35,586 bases of DNA from Octopus bimaculoides (Eukaryota). The position numbers and the translations under genes were made by a program. Below the pieces are notes generated by a model, which ran no database searches, had not been told where the DNA came from, and worked only from the letters and a program-made list of their open reading frames with translations. The stretch spans positions 3,148,531 through 3,184,116 of the forward strand of contig NC_068987.1 in NCBI RefSeq assembly GCF_001194135.2, given 5' to 3'. Within the stretch, counting starts at the first letter, position 1. Every line of letters starts with the position of its first letter. Positions 33,823 through 35,586 of this stretch are shown here, piece by piece.

Positions 33823-35454
33823 AAAACAGTCTTTTGGGGTCAATGAAATTATTTCCAACTAAGACGGGTCAATATAATCGACTAAACCCCTTGCACAAAA
33901 TTTCAGGCCTTACACCTATAATAACAGAAAGGATTATTATTATTAAGTAAGGCTTGATAATAATGCTTAGCACCATTTCGTCCATCTCTACATTCTGAGT
34001 TGAAATTCAGCTGAGGTTGACTTTGTCTTTCATCCTTTCAGGGTTGATAAAAATAAGTACCAGTTGAATACTGGGGTTGATATAATCAAGTTATCACTGC
34101 CCCGAACTTACTAGCCTTATTGCCAAAATTTGAAATCATTATTATTATCATCATCATCATTATTATCATTAGTTTTGTCTTAACTTTCCTATCTCCAAGA
34201 CATGAAAAATTTCCCCTTATTTAAAATCTCACCTTTTCAAGATGGAACCTAGTCTTGACTTATTCATTTACAAACAACACTCAACTCTATTTTATTTATT
34301 GTTGATGGCCAGACTAAGCTGTTAGTTTTAAACACATTGAATTTAGCACATTGTATAAACTGGAGACTAAGAACATAACTGACATGAAATAGAATTTCAA
34401 AATTAGCTAAGTATCTTCGCTCATCTGCTAGATAGACTACTTTTTGGATTTAATCTCTTACATACTAAATGAATTGATAAAATGAAATCCAATCTTCATT
34501 ACTATGGAAAAGTAATAACGGGTGGGATTTGATCAACAAGAAGATGAAATCAAAAGAATGGCTGTATCTCTTTCCTGCTTCTAGTTTGTATCTTTCTCAT
34601 AATTCTTCCTTTAAGTATACGTTTCAGTCTAAACTTTATTGTACTTTATTTTATTTTATTCCAGTTGTTATTGTTTTTTGGTTCAATCTAGTCAAAAAGC
34701 TTTATTTTTGATTTCTTTCAATTTTTCCTGTTTTTTTTCTTTGTGCCAGAGAAAATATCACAGATAATAATATATTTTCAAGACTAAATAAAAAAAAAAA
34801 AAAAACACTTGTTATAAACGAAATAAATTTAATTCAAAACAAGACAAATTTTGAAATTTTGTTTACATCTTACAGGCAGCTTTCGACTGTTTCCACCCAA
34901 AGGACTATTTTTTTTAACAAAATATTTACATGTCATTATTTATAGCTTTATCTACTTGGAGTTCCACCGTTAAAAATTTTGAAATCTTTGTATTAATTGG
35001 TAAATTCTTGCTGATGTCTCAACGACCAGAATATTGGAAGATAGTGATGTAAGGAGAGATAACTCATCACATTTCTTACGTTTTATTATTTCAGCAAATG
35101 TTGCCATCTCAAGCGAACAAAATTTAAGGAGGGAGCGGGGAAATTTTCTTTATCCCTTTTTTTTGTTTTCTTGAAATGATTTCAGTTGTGTTGTTTTTGT
35201 TTCAAATTAGGAAACTGTAAAGATGACAGTGGATCTCCGTCGTTCGATGACGAAGATTCATTTCTTCAGCCAATTGAATTATCTCCTCCTCATTTAACGT
35301 GTTTGTAACCGAATACTGCTTGGACAAGTCCTACCCATAAAGCAATTAATTCTGAAACAGAATTAGCTCGTCACAGTGTGTTACAGGGTTCTACCCTTCG
35401 AATTAGGGATACAATTCACTCGACGAATATTTCACTAATTCCCTGAACCCGATT

Positions 35455-35586
35455 TCACTCGCAAGTCAAGCGGTAATCGGAAAATGGCATCAGCCCAAGA
35501 TGCCAGGCAGTGGGATCGAGCTTAATATCTCCTAGTTGTAAAGCATCCACACCTACATCAGCTGCAGCGTCTTCATTTACCGTTGA
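35455..35586 (-). CDS. Possible 3' end of a convergent gene entering from the right edge
   Basis: Only one minus frame is open from the edge: STVNEDAAADVGVDALQLGDIKLDPTAWHLGLMPFSDYRLTCE*. Local GC is elevated. No domain was recognised. Confidence 0.25.
   Translation of the reverse strand, partial: STVNEDAAADVGVDALQLGDIKLDPTAWHLGLMPFSDYRLTCE

Noticed and set aside
35210-35310. + strand acceptor (tttcaaattag) followed by NCKDDSGSPSFDDEDSF...
   Set aside because: All three frames stop within 100 nt, and there is no upstream open gene to join.

Overview
AT-rich, microsatellite- and SINE-dense animal nuclear DNA. The repeat landscape points to an octopus or other coleoid cephalopod, which is an inference. 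Two multi-exon + strand genes can be assembled by hand from splice sites and intron phases. (1) About 4003-23602: a predicted secreted or signal-anchored protein of about 425 aa. It has a PAN/Apple domain, a 4-Cys EGF-like linker exon and four Sushi/CCP exons. Three of the CCP exons are exactly 204 nt and are tandem duplicates. CCP3 and CCP4 are only about 42% identical in protein, yet they share most synonymous sites and about 95% identical downstream intron. (2) 29311-33031: a protein of about 399 aa with an N-terminal MGN myristoylation-like start, a probable beta-propeller-like body and a C-terminal SOCS box. The rest is transposable-element debris. This includes a HERO/NeSL-like RT ORF running off the left edge, R4/Dong-like RLE 3' fragments tied to (CATA)n microsatellites, and RTE, hAT and mariner relics. 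It also includes piggyBac-like and foldback MITEs, several SINE families and a perfect 106-bp palindrome. Most ORF-track entries are microsatellite or antisense artefacts. All gene models, counts and family assignments were made by eye and are not database-verified.
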